A DNA stretch of 64,000 bases from Verrucomicrobiota bacterium. GTDB lineage: Bacteria; Verrucomicrobiota; Verrucomicrobiia; JABWAM01. The stretch is taken from positions 3,873 to 67,872 of the forward strand of contig JAHFSY010000020.1 in the NCBI GenBank assembly GCA_023269615.1. The letters are read 5' to 3'. A model generated the notes under the pieces. The model did no database searches. It was not told the origin of the DNA and saw nothing but the letters and a program-made list of their open reading frames with translations. Position 1 is the stretch's first letter. Each line of letters begins with the position of its first letter. Shown here piece by piece: positions 7,769 to 17,983 of the stretch. The position numbers and the translations under genes were made by a program.

Positions 7769-8875
7769 CGTTTTCCAGAATTCCACGGTTTGTCGTGCAA
7801 CCTGCCCGTTCGTAAATCGGGCGAGCACCCGCTCGCGTCCGAGTTTTCCAAGGCGCGTGCATTCCGATGGAGAATCCATGAGAGTCTTCAGTTTGAGCAG
7901 CAGATCATCGGAGGAACCTTCTTGAAAAAGAAGCCCGGCATCACCGATCACTTCGGGGATGGCGGCCGAAGTCGATCCGATCACGGGGACCTCGCACGCC
8001 ATCGCCTCGATGAGCACGTGGCCGAACTGCTCCTTCCATCGGGGGGTGGAAAAAGAGGGAAGCACCAGCATGTCCATCGCCCGGATATAATCCCGCACGG
8101 CATCATGAGGCACGGCGGGAACATGGACGAGCTGGATCCGGGTTTCGTTCTGAAAACGCAAGAGTTCGGATTCGAGAGGTCCCGAGCCCAGGATGAGGAG
8201 GGAGGCTGGTGAATCGAGTTTCTTTGCCGCGTCCAGCAACAGGCGGATTCCCTTTTCTTCGACAAGGCGGCCGATGAATCCAATGACCGGGGCCTTTAAT
8301 CCGAGGCGTTCGCGCAAAGCGACGCCGGAGCCGGGTGAATAAAAATCCGTGTCCACGCCGAGCTGGGGGATGACGGCCGTCTTGCCGCGAAAGCCATGGC
8401 GGCGGAGAATGTCGGCTGCCTCGCCGTTGCCGCAGATCGCTCCTTCCGAGTGATGGAGCGTGAAGCGTTCCACGGCGGTCCATGGCCAGCGGAGACGGGA
8501 TTCCCAATTGATCCAGGTAAAGAAGCAGCTTTTGGTTTTGCGGGACGCGCGGTTGCGTTCACGCAGGGCCTGGAGATAGACGAAGGCGGTGGTGCCCTGC
8601 TCGACGTGCAGAATGTCAAAGTTGCCCGCGCCCAGTCCGCGTGAGAATTTCGGCGCGAAGAAGTACTGGTCCTCTCGGCCGGTGCGCAGCGCGTGGTGAA
8701 TGCGGATGCGGAAGCGGGGCTGCTCGACGGGGGTTGGGCGATAGTCGTGTTCCCAGCTTGGCCAGTGATGGGGCAGGTGGAGCTCGACGTCGGCGAGGCC
8801 GTCGCGAGCCATGAGTTCCCACTTGGCGCGGTTGTCCCGGGCAACGCAGGCGTGGCTGATGACGAGCGCGCGCAT
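7763..8875 (-). CDS. GT4-family glycosyltransferase
   Basis: GFIGRLVEEKGIRLLLDA ... LLILGSGP ... VLPSFSTPRWKEQFGHVLIEAMACEVPVIGS is a typical GT4 C-terminal domain. ATG at 8873-8875 chosen. Confidence 0.75.
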   Translation of the reverse strand: MRALVISHACVARDNRAKWELMARDGLADVELHLPHHWPSWEHDYRPTPVEQPRFRIRIHHALRTGREDQYFFAPKFSRGLGAGNFDILHVEQGTTAFVYLQALRERNRASRKTKSCFFTWINWESRLRWPWTAVERFTLHHSEGAICGNGEAADILRRHGFRGKTAVIPQLGVDTDFYSPGSGVALRERLGLKAPVIGFIGRLVEEKGIRLLLDAAKKLDSPASLLILGSGPLESELLRFQNETRIQLVHVPAVPHDAVRDYIRAMDMLVLPSFSTPRWKEQFGHVLIEAMACEVPVIGSTSAAIPEVIGDAGLLFQEGSSDDLLLKLKTLMDSPSECTRLGKLGRERVLARFTNGQVARQTVEFWKTL

Positions 8876-8876
8876 C

Positions 8877-9803
8877 TCAGTTTCCGCCCGGCTTGACGGC
8901 CTCAAAAAAGAGGAACCATCCGAAGAGAGAGTTGATCCATGCGTCGAACCTTGCGGCGGCTTCTGGATTCAGGCGGTGGAGGATGGGAGAGATTTTTGGG
9001 AAGGCATCCGAGCCGCTTTCCTGGAGGATGCGGCAGCGGATGTTTTTGAAATTCTTGAGCAGGCGGTGGTGGATTTCGGCGCAGGTGTAGTGCCGTGCGA
9101 TGGCACCATCCGTGAAAGTCTGGTTCACTTCATCGAGATTCATGCGAAGCAGTTTGCCATGGAGGAGTCCGTGCTGGATACCGCCAATGATCCAGTAACG
9201 AACACTGGTTCGGTGATAGACCATCGCCTGAAAAAGTCCGCCGGGCTTGAGCACACGCAGCACCTCGCCCACAATGGTGTCCGTGCGGGAGGAATGGTGG
9301 ATGACGCCCCACGACCAGATGCGGTCGAATGTGTTGTCGCGGAAGGGGAGGCGTTCGCCATCAGCTTGGGCCACGGATGCGGGGATTTTCCCTTGGTCAA
9401 AGCGTTTGCGCGCGAGGCGGGAAGCGCGGCGGGTGAGGTCCATGGTGGTGATGCGCGCACCGGCGTGGCTCCAGAGCGAGGCGTGGAGACCCATGCCGCA
9501 GCCGATTTCGAGCACGCGCTGCCCGCGCACCTGCTTCCAGTCAATGAGACGCGCGTAAGGTTCCTCCGAGGGAAGGCTGGGATGTCCGAAGGGCCGGTGC
9601 GCTTCGAGGGCGCGCTGGTCGCTTTGCTGGAAAAATTCGGGCGTGCCTTCCTCCGCCTGGATGCGTCCCTCCCAGTCGTAGGTCATGGGGTTGGAAGACC
9701 ACCAGGAGGCATTGGCTTGCTGCGTTGAATCCTGGGTTTGCACGGGAGTGGGGTTCGGTGTCGTGAGGAATGCTCGTCTGCGATTGACTGCCGGCGACCT
9801 CAT
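8877..9803 (-). CDS. class I SAM-dependent methyltransferase
   Basis: Motif I VLEIGCGMG and post-I LKPGGL. Start is uncertain (an alternative ATG lies near 9686). Confidence 0.7.
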   Translation of the reverse strand: MRSPAVNRRRAFLTTPNPTPVQTQDSTQQANASWWSSNPMTYDWEGRIQAEEGTPEFFQQSDQRALEAHRPFGHPSLPSEEPYARLIDWKQVRGQRVLEIGCGMGLHASLWSHAGARITTMDLTRRASRLARKRFDQGKIPASVAQADGERLPFRDNTFDRIWSWGVIHHSSRTDTIVGEVLRVLKPGGLFQAMVYHRTSVRYWIIGGIQHGLLHGKLLRMNLDEVNQTFTDGAIARHYTCAEIHHRLLKNFKNIRCRILQESGSDAFPKISPILHRLNPEAAARFDAWINSLFGWFLFFEAVKPGGN

Positions 9804-9828
9804 TCCACGGCGAAGTCAACCGATCAAA

Positions 9829-10983
9829 CTACCTGGCGAGTGAAAAATCGCGGAATTCGTTGAGCTTCTCGAGGGCGGCCTTGCTGTCGAGAATCGTGGC
9901 ACCCAGCTGGACGCCTTGCTCAATGCTCTTGGCCATGCCGTAGAGGACGAATCCCACGCTGGCGTTGTACAGAAGGAAGTCGCGCTTCGCGCCTTTCTCC
10001 TCACCCGAGAGAAGATCGTGGATGATGCGCGCGTTGGTCTTTGCGTCGCCGCCCTTCAATTCCTCGAGCTTGGACGGCTTGATCCCAAAAGAGGCGGCGT
10101 CCACTTCGAGTGTTTCGACGTTTCCGTTGGAATGGAGCTGGGAGAGCTTGGAAATTCCCATGGTGGAGAGCTCGTCGAGGCACGGTTTCTTGTCGGCGGT
10201 GTAGCCATGCACCACAAGCGCCCGCTTGGCTTTCATGAGAAAAAGGACCTGCGCGTAGAGGTCGGTGAGCACGGGATCGTACACGCCGATGACCTGGATG
10301 TTTGGGCGCGCGGGGTTGACGAGCGGGCCGAGGAGGTTGAAGACGGTGCGCTTGCCCTGCTGGGCAAGGAAATCACGCACTGGTTTAATCACCTTGAAGG
10401 TCTTGTGATACTGGGGCGCGAAAAGGAATCCGATCTTGTGCGTCTCCACGCACTGGCGGAGGCGGTCGGGGGGCATCTCAATATTGACACCCAGGGCTTC
10501 GAGGACATCGGCGCTCCCGCATTGCGAGGTGATCGCGCGGTTGCCGTGCTTGGCAACGGGAACCCCGCCGGCGGCGAGCACGAAGGCCGCGGCTGTGGAG
10601 ACGTTGAATGTTTGGGATCCATCAGCCCCCGTCCCACAGGTGTCGAGAAGCTTGCCGCCGATGACGCCGAGGTCAATGTGAGGATCCACAGCAAGGTCGC
10701 GAAGAAGAATTGCGAAGTCGGCGACTTCGCGCGGCGTTTCACCCTTGCGAGCCAGGCAGAGCAGGAATTCAGCCTTCATTTCGATGGACACCTCCGGCGC
10801 CATGAGGTCATGGATGGCCTGTTCGATCTCCGTCGCGGCAAGATCCTGCCCCTCCGCGGCATGCTGGCTTAACAGGGGAAGTTGCGATTGGGCGTTGAGC
10901 ACGGCATATCTGTAACCCAAACAGCCACAATAAGAAAGAGAAAAATAAGGGGCGTTTAACAGGGAACATCGGGCATTTGACAT
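9829..10983 (-). CDS. trpD: anthranilate phosphoribosyltransferase
   Basis: DTCGTGADGSQTFNVSTAAAFVLAAGGVPVAKHGNR and the KHGNR motif. The ATG at 10983 gives a roughly 45-aa N-terminal extension, so the true start may be an internal GTG. Confidence 0.85.
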   Translation of the reverse strand: MSNARCSLLNAPYFSLSYCGCLGYRYAVLNAQSQLPLLSQHAAEGQDLAATEIEQAIHDLMAPEVSIEMKAEFLLCLARKGETPREVADFAILLRDLAVDPHIDLGVIGGKLLDTCGTGADGSQTFNVSTAAAFVLAAGGVPVAKHGNRAITSQCGSADVLEALGVNIEMPPDRLRQCVETHKIGFLFAPQYHKTFKVIKPVRDFLAQQGKRTVFNLLGPLVNPARPNIQVIGVYDPVLTDLYAQVLFLMKAKRALVVHGYTADKKPCLDELSTMGISKLSQLHSNGNVETLEVDAASFGIKPSKLEELKGGDAKTNARIIHDLLSGEEKGAKRDFLLYNASVGFVLYGMAKSIEQGVQLGATILDSKAALEKLNEFRDFSLAR

Positions 10984-11054
10984 GGGGCATGGAGAACTGG
11001 AAGTTTGCTTTCCCTTCTCCGCTCTGCTGCAGTCCGCGTTGGCTCCATGATTTT

Positions 11055-11828
11055 ATGAAATCCATCCCCATAACCCTTGAAGGAAAAGTGGCCATCGTGA
11101 CCGGAGGCGCCTCCGGAATCGGGGAGGCCATGGTGAAAACATTCGGCCGTGCCGGTGCCACGGTGGTGATCGCCGACCTGAATGAAAAGAATGGCCCGCG
11201 TGTCGAAAAGGAATGCGTCGCAGAAGGGTCCAAGGCCTGGTTTTGGAGGACGGACGTGAGCAAGGAGGATTCGGTCACGGCGCTTATCACGGAAGTGAAC
11301 AAGCGGGAGCAGCGTCTTGATGTGCTCGTCAACAACGCTGCGTGGATTCATCCCGACATGTACAAGCCTTTTTTGGAACAGCCCCTGGCGGAGTGGGACA
11401 AGACACAGGACATCAATTTTCGCGGTGCGATGCTGTGCTGCAAGGCGGCGCTGCCGCTTCTTGAAAAGACCCGGGGCAACATCATCGGCGTGGCCTCGGT
11501 CCTTGCCTCGGTGGTGACGCTCAACGGCGCGGCCTATTGCGCATCCAAGGCCGGCCTGCAGCATCTCATCAAGGCGATCGCCCTTGAATACGGCCCCAAG
11601 GGAGTTCGCGCCAACCTGCTTGCGCCCGGATGGATTGACACCGCCGGCGTGGCGTTCGCAACCACGGATAAAAAGGTCGTGCAAGCCCAGCTTGACAGGA
11701 TGGTGCCCCTTGGACGCCTCGGCACACCCCAGGAACTGGCAAACGTCGCTCTGTTCCTTGCAAGCGACCTTGCGTCGTTCGTGACGGGCAGCGTATTCGG
11801 CGCCGACGGCGGCTGGCTTTTGCAGTGA
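11055..11828 (+). CDS. SDR-family oxidoreductase
   Basis: KVAIVTGGASGIGEA Rossmann motif and a Y-x3-K catalytic pair (YCASK). Confidence 0.8.
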   Translation: MKSIPITLEGKVAIVTGGASGIGEAMVKTFGRAGATVVIADLNEKNGPRVEKECVAEGSKAWFWRTDVSKEDSVTALITEVNKREQRLDVLVNNAAWIHPDMYKPFLEQPLAEWDKTQDINFRGAMLCCKAALPLLEKTRGNIIGVASVLASVVTLNGAAYCASKAGLQHLIKAIALEYGPKGVRANLLAPGWIDTAGVAFATTDKKVVQAQLDRMVPLGRLGTPQELANVALFLASDLASFVTGSVFGADGGWLLQ

Positions 11829-11859
11829 GGATGTTTCCAACGGGACATGCGTGCTGGAA

Positions 11860-11934
11860 TGTAGGAGCCGCTGTCAGCGGCGACCGGGAGTGGTTGGGCG
11901 GTGCGGAGATCGCCGCTGACAGCGGCTCCTACAA
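11860..11934. repeat. REP-family-1 inverted pair (gtaggagccgctgtcagcggcga ... tcgccgctgacagcggctcctac)
   Basis: The unit is itself palindromic (gccgctg t cagcggc). The same family recurs at 13053, 32279 and 56964. Confidence 0.7.
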
Positions 11935-12044
11935 AACTCCCAATCCGAAATCTGTGTTTTTCTGCGTTCATCTGCGGAGAAAACGGGATGACGTGATTCT
12001 TCTGGGTTGAAGGGCCAACCCGTCTCTGTTTAAGTAGCCCGCCT

Positions 12045-13013
12045 ATGTCACGAATCTCCCAGCTCTGCGCCCGCTTCCGCCGTCGGATTCAAGGTAAAAT
12101 TATTCCTGCTGTTCCTGTTCCTTTTGACTCACGAGGGCGGATTGTCTGGAAGGCGCAGGAAAAATATGCGGCATGGATGGCCCGCCAGCCGATCGCAGGC
12201 GTTTCCCTCTGGGTTCACACGGGGCGTGGACTTTTTCTCACACCCGCGCAGCGCGCCGATGTGTTTCGTTGCTGGCGCGGCGCGCTGAAGAAAGAGCATC
12301 TGATCGTCACGGGCGTGGGCGCGCCCAAGGGCGCGTCGGATGTGACGGGCGCTTCCGTGCGGATGGGCGAGGAGGCGGTTGAGCTTGGTGCGGATGCTTT
12401 CCTCGTGTATGCGCCGGTGCCGTTTCGCGGGCAGCGCGACCAGGATGCGAAAATCATCCGTCATCACCAGGCGGTTGCGCGTCTTGGCACTCCGCTCATT
12501 CTTTTTTATTTGTACGAGGCGGCGGGCGGAATCTCCTATTCGCTGCCTTTGCTGAAAAAACTCCTTGCGATTGATGGAGTGGCGGGGATCAAGATGGCGA
12601 CGCTCGACAGCGTGATGACCTACCAGGATGTGTCGGAGATGATCCGCCGTTATTTTCCAGAGCAGATGATGATCACGGGCGAGGATCGAATGCTCGGGTA
12701 CACGTTCATGAGGGGGGCGAAGTCAGCACTGATCGGCATGGGATCGGCCTGCACGAAATTGCAGGCGGACCTGCTGACGGCCCACCGCAAGGGCGATGCG
12801 GCGCGGTTCCTCAAACTTTCCAACAAGGTGGACGCATTGGCGGAGGTGACGTTCATCCGTCCGATGGAGGGCTACATCCAGCGGATGCTCTGGGCGCTGG
12901 CGCTTGCAAAAATCATCCCTCTCGGTGTCTGCAACGATCCGTGGGGCCCGAAGATTCCGGGATCGGAATTCGACCAGCTGAAGCGGGTGATGCGCGAGAT
13001 CGGGGAGATATGA
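12045..13013 (+). CDS. dihydrodipicolinate synthase/N-acetylneuraminate lyase family (DapA-like class I aldolase)
   Basis: IIPAVPVPFD ... HTGRG ... GIKMAT (candidate Schiff-base lysine) pattern. Confidence 0.6.
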   Translation: MSRISQLCARFRRRIQGKIIPAVPVPFDSRGRIVWKAQEKYAAWMARQPIAGVSLWVHTGRGLFLTPAQRADVFRCWRGALKKEHLIVTGVGAPKGASDVTGASVRMGEEAVELGADAFLVYAPVPFRGQRDQDAKIIRHHQAVARLGTPLILFYLYEAAGGISYSLPLLKKLLAIDGVAGIKMATLDSVMTYQDVSEMIRRYFPEQMMITGEDRMLGYTFMRGAKSALIGMGSACTKLQADLLTAHRKGDAARFLKLSNKVDALAEVTFIRPMEGYIQRMLWALALAKIIPLGVCNDPWGPKIPGSEFDQLKRVMREIGEI

Positions 13014-13052
13014 GTGACAAACCACTCCGTTTTCCACAGCGCATTTTCTCGC

Positions 13053-13119
13053 TTGTAGGAGCGGCTGTCAGCCGCGACCGGGCGTTCCCGGGGATCGCCG
13101 CTGACAGCGGCTCCTACAA
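13053..13119. repeat. REP-family-1 inverted pair
   Basis: gtaggagcggctgtcagccgcga ... tcgccgctgacagcggctcctaca. Confidence 0.7.
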
Positions 13120-13155
13120 GAGGCGGCGAGAGGTGTCGGTTAAACTGCCACAAAT

Positions 13156-14373
13156 ATGAGCGTGTACTTGTTGCCGACAGACTTGACGATTCCGGCTGAT
13201 GACCGTTCCCGCCTGGAACGGGATTACGCGCGTTACGCCACCGATGCGCTTCCGTCGGCCTGGGAAGACCTTGTACGACAGGAATACGATCTCGACGTTG
13301 CGAGCACGTACGCCGGCATGCCGATCCGCAACCCGTTCGGCAAGGCGAGCGGGCAGCTTTCCCTCAACATCGCGCAGGTGCGCAACGACGGCGAGGCGGG
13401 GCTCGGATTTGTGATTTTGAAAACCGTGATCGCGCAGGATGAAACCGGCGCGCAGATGATGCAGGACTGGGCGATCAAGGAAACGAAGATGCTCGTCGAA
13501 GAGATCACGGGCAAGAGCGGTGAGAAGGGTTTCACCGTCACGTGGAAGGGACGCGGCTGGTATGACACGTTCGACGCCTACCTGAAATTCATGCGCGAGG
13601 CCCTCGACCTTGGCTCGAAGCACGGGATGCTCATCGTGCCATCGGTGAAATATCATTTGCCGGTTACGGAGGAATTCAAGCTGTCGGAATACAAATTCAC
13701 GACGCGTTCGTTGCAAGGGGTGTGGAGTGAAAAGCATCCCGATCTTCCGATGCCGCTTGAAAAGGATTTTTCGCCGACGCTTGCGGGCTCTGACCGCTCG
13801 AAGCAGAAGGAGACGATCCTGCGCTGGCTGGAGAACGTGCCGAAGCTGTTGAAGCATTCAGCGACAAAGCCCGGGGCCATTCGCGTCGGGCTGAAGCTCA
13901 TGAACACGATGTTCAAGGACACGTTCCAGGGCGAGATGCTTCGCACGGTGCTCGCTGGGCCGGTGAAGCCGGATTTTTTGATTCTTTTCAACCGCATGTT
14001 TGATCCGAAAAAGGAATTCGACGGCAAAGTGGGCGTGGCGTTTGGCGGCCCCGACCTCTCCGACCGCAATTTTCGTTCGCTCGATGCGTGGCTGAAGGAG
14101 CACGATGGGAAGCCGCCGATCGAATTCAGCGCCACGGGAAACATCTGCTCAGGCCGCATGATGGTGGAATACGCGTTGCGCGGCGCGACGAGCGGGCAGA
14201 TCCACACGTATTTTCAGCTGCCGAGCACGAATTACAAAAAAGCGGATGGCAGCAAGACACAGAAGGCCATGCACGAGCTGGTGTTCCATCCGCAGAACGG
14301 ATTGGTCGCGGCGATGCTGCACTTGAAGGAAACGCGGGGCGTGAAGCGGTTTCTGGATATTCTTCCTCGATGA
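13156..14373 (+). CDS. dihydroorotate-dehydrogenase-like FMN TIM-barrel protein, substrate unknown
   Basis: GMPIRNPFGKASGQLS ... GLGFVILKTV resembles the PyrD/DHPD family. At 405 aa it is longer than canonical PyrD. Confidence 0.5.
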   Translation: MSVYLLPTDLTIPADDRSRLERDYARYATDALPSAWEDLVRQEYDLDVASTYAGMPIRNPFGKASGQLSLNIAQVRNDGEAGLGFVILKTVIAQDETGAQMMQDWAIKETKMLVEEITGKSGEKGFTVTWKGRGWYDTFDAYLKFMREALDLGSKHGMLIVPSVKYHLPVTEEFKLSEYKFTTRSLQGVWSEKHPDLPMPLEKDFSPTLAGSDRSKQKETILRWLENVPKLLKHSATKPGAIRVGLKLMNTMFKDTFQGEMLRTVLAGPVKPDFLILFNRMFDPKKEFDGKVGVAFGGPDLSDRNFRSLDAWLKEHDGKPPIEFSATGNICSGRMMVEYALRGATSGQIHTYFQLPSTNYKKADGSKTQKAMHELVFHPQNGLVAAMLHLKETRGVKRFLDILPR

Positions 14374-14417
14374 GCGATGGCTTCTGATCCGTGCTCATCC
14401 GTGTTATCCGTGGTTCC

Positions 14418-15545
14418 ATGAAAGCCGTTGATTTGAAATTCATGCGGCGCGCCCTCACGCTGGCACGGCGAGGGCTTGGGCGCACGTCGCCGAATCCCTG
14501 CGTGGGCGCAGTGATCGTTCAGCGAGGGCGTGTCCTCGGCGAGGGCTGGCATCGTGGCGCAGGGCTGCGGCACGCGGAAGTGGAGGCGTTTGCCGATGCA
14601 CGTCGGCGAAAAATCCCGGTAAAGGGAGCCACGTTGTACGTGACGCTTGAGCCGTGCTGCACATGGGGACGAACACCGCCCTGCACCGAAGCGATCATTG
14701 ACGCTGGAATTCATCGCGTGGTTGCCGGCGCCGTGGACCCGAATCCGAAACACGCGGGAAAAGGATTTCGGATTTTGAGAATGGCGGGAATCAAGGTGGT
14801 TGAGGGCGTGATGGCCGACGAATGCGTGAAATTGAATGAAGGATGGAATCACTGGATGACGCATCGCATGCCGTGGGTGATCGCCAAGTGCGGGATGACG
14901 CTCGATGGAAAAATTGCGACAGCGAATGGAGAAAGCAAATGGATCACGTCAGAGGCGTCACGTCACGAAGCCCATCGCCTTCGCGCACAGACGGACGCGA
15001 TCCTCGTTGGTGTGAACACGGTGTTGAAGGATGACCCGCATTTAAATGTACGCGGCGTAAAGTTTCACGGAAAGCAGCCACTGTGCGTGGTGCTGGACAG
15101 CCGGGCACGGACGATGTCGGATGCAAAAATTCTAAAGGGTGGGCGGGCATGCATTATAACGGGGCGAAAAGTTTCCCCTGCAAAAGTCGCGCGCTTAAAG
15201 AAGGCGGGTGCGATGGTGTTGCAAGTCCGGACAGGTCGTCATGGGCTTGATTTGCGCGAGACGCTTCGCTTGCTCGGAAAACAGAATGTGACGAGCGTGT
15301 TGGTGGAGGGCGGGGGGGAGATGCTCGGCTCATTCTTTCAGGAGAAGCTGGTGAATGAAGCTGTACTTTTCATCGCCCCAATCATTCTTGGGGGAAAGGA
15401 GAGCGTGAAGGCTGTGGCCGGCGAGGGAGTCCGCCTATGGAACGATGCTGTGATGTTGGAAGGAATGACCGTGAGACGGGTGGGGGTGGATTTGATGGTG
15501 GAAGGAAAGGTCGGAAGGTTCAAACCAGCAACCAGAAGCCAGTAG
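14418..15545 (+). CDS. ribD: bifunctional diaminohydroxyphosphoribosylaminopyrimidine deaminase / 5-amino-6-(5-phosphoribosylamino)uracil reductase
   Basis: HAEVEA ... TLYVTLEPC ... PPC deaminase zinc motifs plus a C-terminal reductase domain. Confidence 0.85.
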   Translation: MKAVDLKFMRRALTLARRGLGRTSPNPCVGAVIVQRGRVLGEGWHRGAGLRHAEVEAFADARRRKIPVKGATLYVTLEPCCTWGRTPPCTEAIIDAGIHRVVAGAVDPNPKHAGKGFRILRMAGIKVVEGVMADECVKLNEGWNHWMTHRMPWVIAKCGMTLDGKIATANGESKWITSEASRHEAHRLRAQTDAILVGVNTVLKDDPHLNVRGVKFHGKQPLCVVLDSRARTMSDAKILKGGRACIITGRKVSPAKVARLKKAGAMVLQVRTGRHGLDLRETLRLLGKQNVTSVLVEGGGEMLGSFFQEKLVNEAVLFIAPIILGGKESVKAVAGEGVRLWNDAVMLEGMTVRRVGVDLMVEGKVGRFKPATRSQ

Positions 15546-15620
15546 CCAGCAGCTTGCTCAGGAAAAGTTTTAACTCCGTCATGGACAAAGGCTTGCGGGC
15601 TCCGGTAAAATGGGGGTCTA

Positions 15621-16079
15621 TTGAAAAACAAAGGAACATCCATTTTGATTCTCAACGGCCCCAACTTGAACATGCTCGGCACCCGCGAACCGGAGGTTTA
15701 CGGGAAGGAGACGCTGGCTGACATCGAGGCTTCGGTTTCCAAGAAGGCTTCCGAGCTGGGGGTTGAGGTTCAGTTTGTTCAATCCAATCACGAGGGAGTC
15801 CTGGTGGACCAGGTCCAGCAGGCCCGCGGGAAACGCAATGCCATCATCCTGAACGCGGGCGGCTACACGCACACCAGCGTGGCGCTGCGCGATGCGGTTG
15901 CGGCGGCAGGTGTGCCCACGATTGAACTTCACCTGAGCAACATTCATGCGCGTGAGTCGTTTCGAAACCATTCACTGCTCGCGCCGGTGTGCGTGGGACA
16001 GATTTGTGGATTTGGCGCCGCGGGATATCTGATGGCGCTGGAGGCGGCGACCCGCCTGCCACCTGCAAAGAAATCCTGA
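15621..16079 (+). CDS. aroQ: type II 3-dehydroquinate dehydratase
   Basis: [21 protein letters not shown] signature. Track start is TTG. Confidence 0.85.
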   Translation: MKNKGTSILILNGPNLNMLGTREPEVYGKETLADIEASVSKKASELGVEVQFVQSNHEGVLVDQVQQARGKRNAIILNAGGYTHTSVALRDAVAAAGVPTIELHLSNIHARESFRNHSLLAPVCVGQICGFGAAGYLMALEAATRLPPAKKS

Positions 16080-16105
16080 GTTGATTTGTCACAAGAGGAG
16101 GATCT

Positions 16106-16597
16106 GTGGAACTTAAAGAAATTAAATCCATCATTGACCTGATGACCCGGAACGATCTCACGGAGTTCGAACTGGAGAAGGGTGACGTCAAAATCCGTAT
16201 CAAGCGCGGCTCCGACGGGGTTTCGCATACGCTGACCACGCTACCCCGTGAGGGAAATGGCAATGGCGGTGTTCATGCCGATCCCTCCATGCCTGCTCCC
16301 ATGGCAGCTGCCCCAGCACCCGCTCCGGCCGCGGCGCCTGCGCCTGCAGCAAACGTGAAGGAGATCAAATCCCCCATGGTGGGAACGTTTTTCCGCTCGC
16401 CTTCGCCCGATACCGCTTCCTATGTCGAGATCGGACAGGCCGTCACCGAGGACACCGTGGTCTGCATCATCGAGGCCATGAAGGTGATGAACGAAATCAA
16501 AGCCGAGGTAAGGGGAGTCATCACCGAGGTTCTGGTCGAAAACGCCAAACCAGTCGAGTTTGGCAAACCGCTTTTCAAGGTCAAGGCGGCCTCCTAG
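16106..16597 (+). CDS. accB: biotin carboxyl carrier protein of acetyl-CoA carboxylase
   Basis: EAMKVMNEI biotinylation motif. GTG start. Ala/Pro-rich linker. Confidence 0.85.
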   Translation: MELKEIKSIIDLMTRNDLTEFELEKGDVKIRIKRGSDGVSHTLTTLPREGNGNGGVHADPSMPAPMAAAPAPAPAAAPAPAANVKEIKSPMVGTFFRSPSPDTASYVEIGQAVTEDTVVCIIEAMKVMNEIKAEVRGVITEVLVENAKPVEFGKPLFKVKAAS

Positions 16598-16618
16598 CCG
16601 CGCTTTCCCGCAGCGTCC

Positions 16619-17983
16619 ATGTTCGACAAGATCCTGATCGCCAACCGCGGCGAAATCGCCCTGCGCATCATCCGCGCCTGCAAGGAGCTCGGCGTCCGCA
16701 CGCTGGCGGTATATTCGGAAGTGGACGTGGACTCGCTCCATGTGCAGCTCGCCGACGAGGCCATTTGCATCGGCTCCGCTGCCTCCACGGAAAGCTATCT
16801 CAAGATTGACCGCATCATTTCCGCCGCCGAGGTGGGTGACGTGGACGCGATCCATCCGGGTTACGGTTTTCTCGCGGAGAACGCCCACTTCGCCGAAATT
16901 TGTGAGAACTGCAACATCAAGTTCATCGGCCCCAGCTCCACCGCAATCCGCTCGATGGGCGACAAGGCGAAGGCGCGTGAAGCGGCGCGCAAGGCCGGTG
17001 TTCCCATCGTGCCCGGCAGCGAGGGGCTCGTGGACAACGAACAGGAAGCCCTTCGCGTCGCGAAGAAGCTCGGCTACCCCGTCATGATCAAGGCCGTCGC
17101 GGGCGGGGGCGGACGCGGCATGCGCGCGGCGCACAACGACGTCAGCCTCGTGAAAGGTTTTTACACCGCCAAGACGGAGGCCGAGCGCGCGTTCAACAAC
17201 CCGGCCATCTACATGGAGAAGTTGATTGAGGACCCGCACCACATCGAGTTCCAGATTCTCGGCGACCAGCATGGCAACATCGTTCATCTTGGCGAGCGCG
17301 AATGCAGCGTGCAGCGCCGCCACCAGAAAATCACCGAGGAATGCCCCTCTCCCTTCATCACTCCCAGCCTTCGCAAGCAGATGGGCAAGGCGGCCATCCG
17401 CCTCGCCAGCGCGGTGAAGTATTCCAATGCGGGAACCATCGAATTTCTTGTGGACGGCAAGGGCGCTTTCTATTTTCTGGAGATGAACACCCGCATCCAG
17501 GTGGAGCATCCCGTCACCGAGGAGGTGTACAACGTGGACCTCGTGAAGCTCCAGATCCAGATTGCCAGCGGGTCGAAGCTCCCGTTCAGCCAGGGCGACC
17601 TCGTCCCGAAGGGCGCGGCCATCGAATGCCGGATCAATGCCGAGGATCCCGCCGCCAATTTCATGCCGTCGCCCGGGCGCGTGGACCTCTTTTACATGCC
17701 CGGCGGACGCGGTGTGCGCGTGGATTCGCACGTGTACAGCGGCTATACCATTCCGCCGACGTACGACTCGATGATCGGCAAGCTCATCACCTTCGGCCAC
17801 GACCGCCGGGAGGCGCTTGACCGCATGGCGCGCGCCCTCGACGAATGCGTCGTCAAGGGAATCAAGACCACGATCCCCCTGCTGAAAGCCGTGCTGCGCG
17901 ACCCGGATTTCCGGCGCGGCCAGTACAATCTCGATTTTCTCGGCAGGCTCCTCGGCATCAAGAAAGAGCAGGCCGAGGAATGA
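16619..17983 (+). CDS. accC: biotin carboxylase
   Basis: [17 protein letters not shown] ... ATP-grasp motifs ... [14 protein letters not shown]. Confidence 0.9.
   Translation: MFDKILIANRGEIALRIIRACKELGVRTLAVYSEVDVDSLHVQLADEAICIGSAASTESYLKIDRIISAAEVGDVDAIHPGYGFLAENAHFAEICENCNIKFIGPSSTAIRSMGDKAKAREAARKAGVPIVPGSEGLVDNEQEALRVAKKLGYPVMIKAVAGGGGRGMRAAHNDVSLVKGFYTAKTEAERAFNNPAIYMEKLIEDPHHIEFQILGDQHGNIVHLGERECSVQRRHQKITEECPSPFITPSLRKQMGKAAIRLASAVKYSNAGTIEFLVDGKGAFYFLEMNTRIQVEHPVTEEVYNVDLVKLQIQIASGSKLPFSQGDLVPKGAAIECRINAEDPAANFMPSPGRVDLFYMPGGRGVRVDSHVYSGYTIPPTYDSMIGKLITFGHDRREALDRMARALDECVVKGIKTTIPLLKAVLRDPDFRRGQYNLDFLGRLLGIKKEQAEE

Noticed and set aside
14373-14418. FMN riboswitch upstream of ribD
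   Set aside because: Only ~45 bp of spacer. No RFN-element conserved motifs seen.
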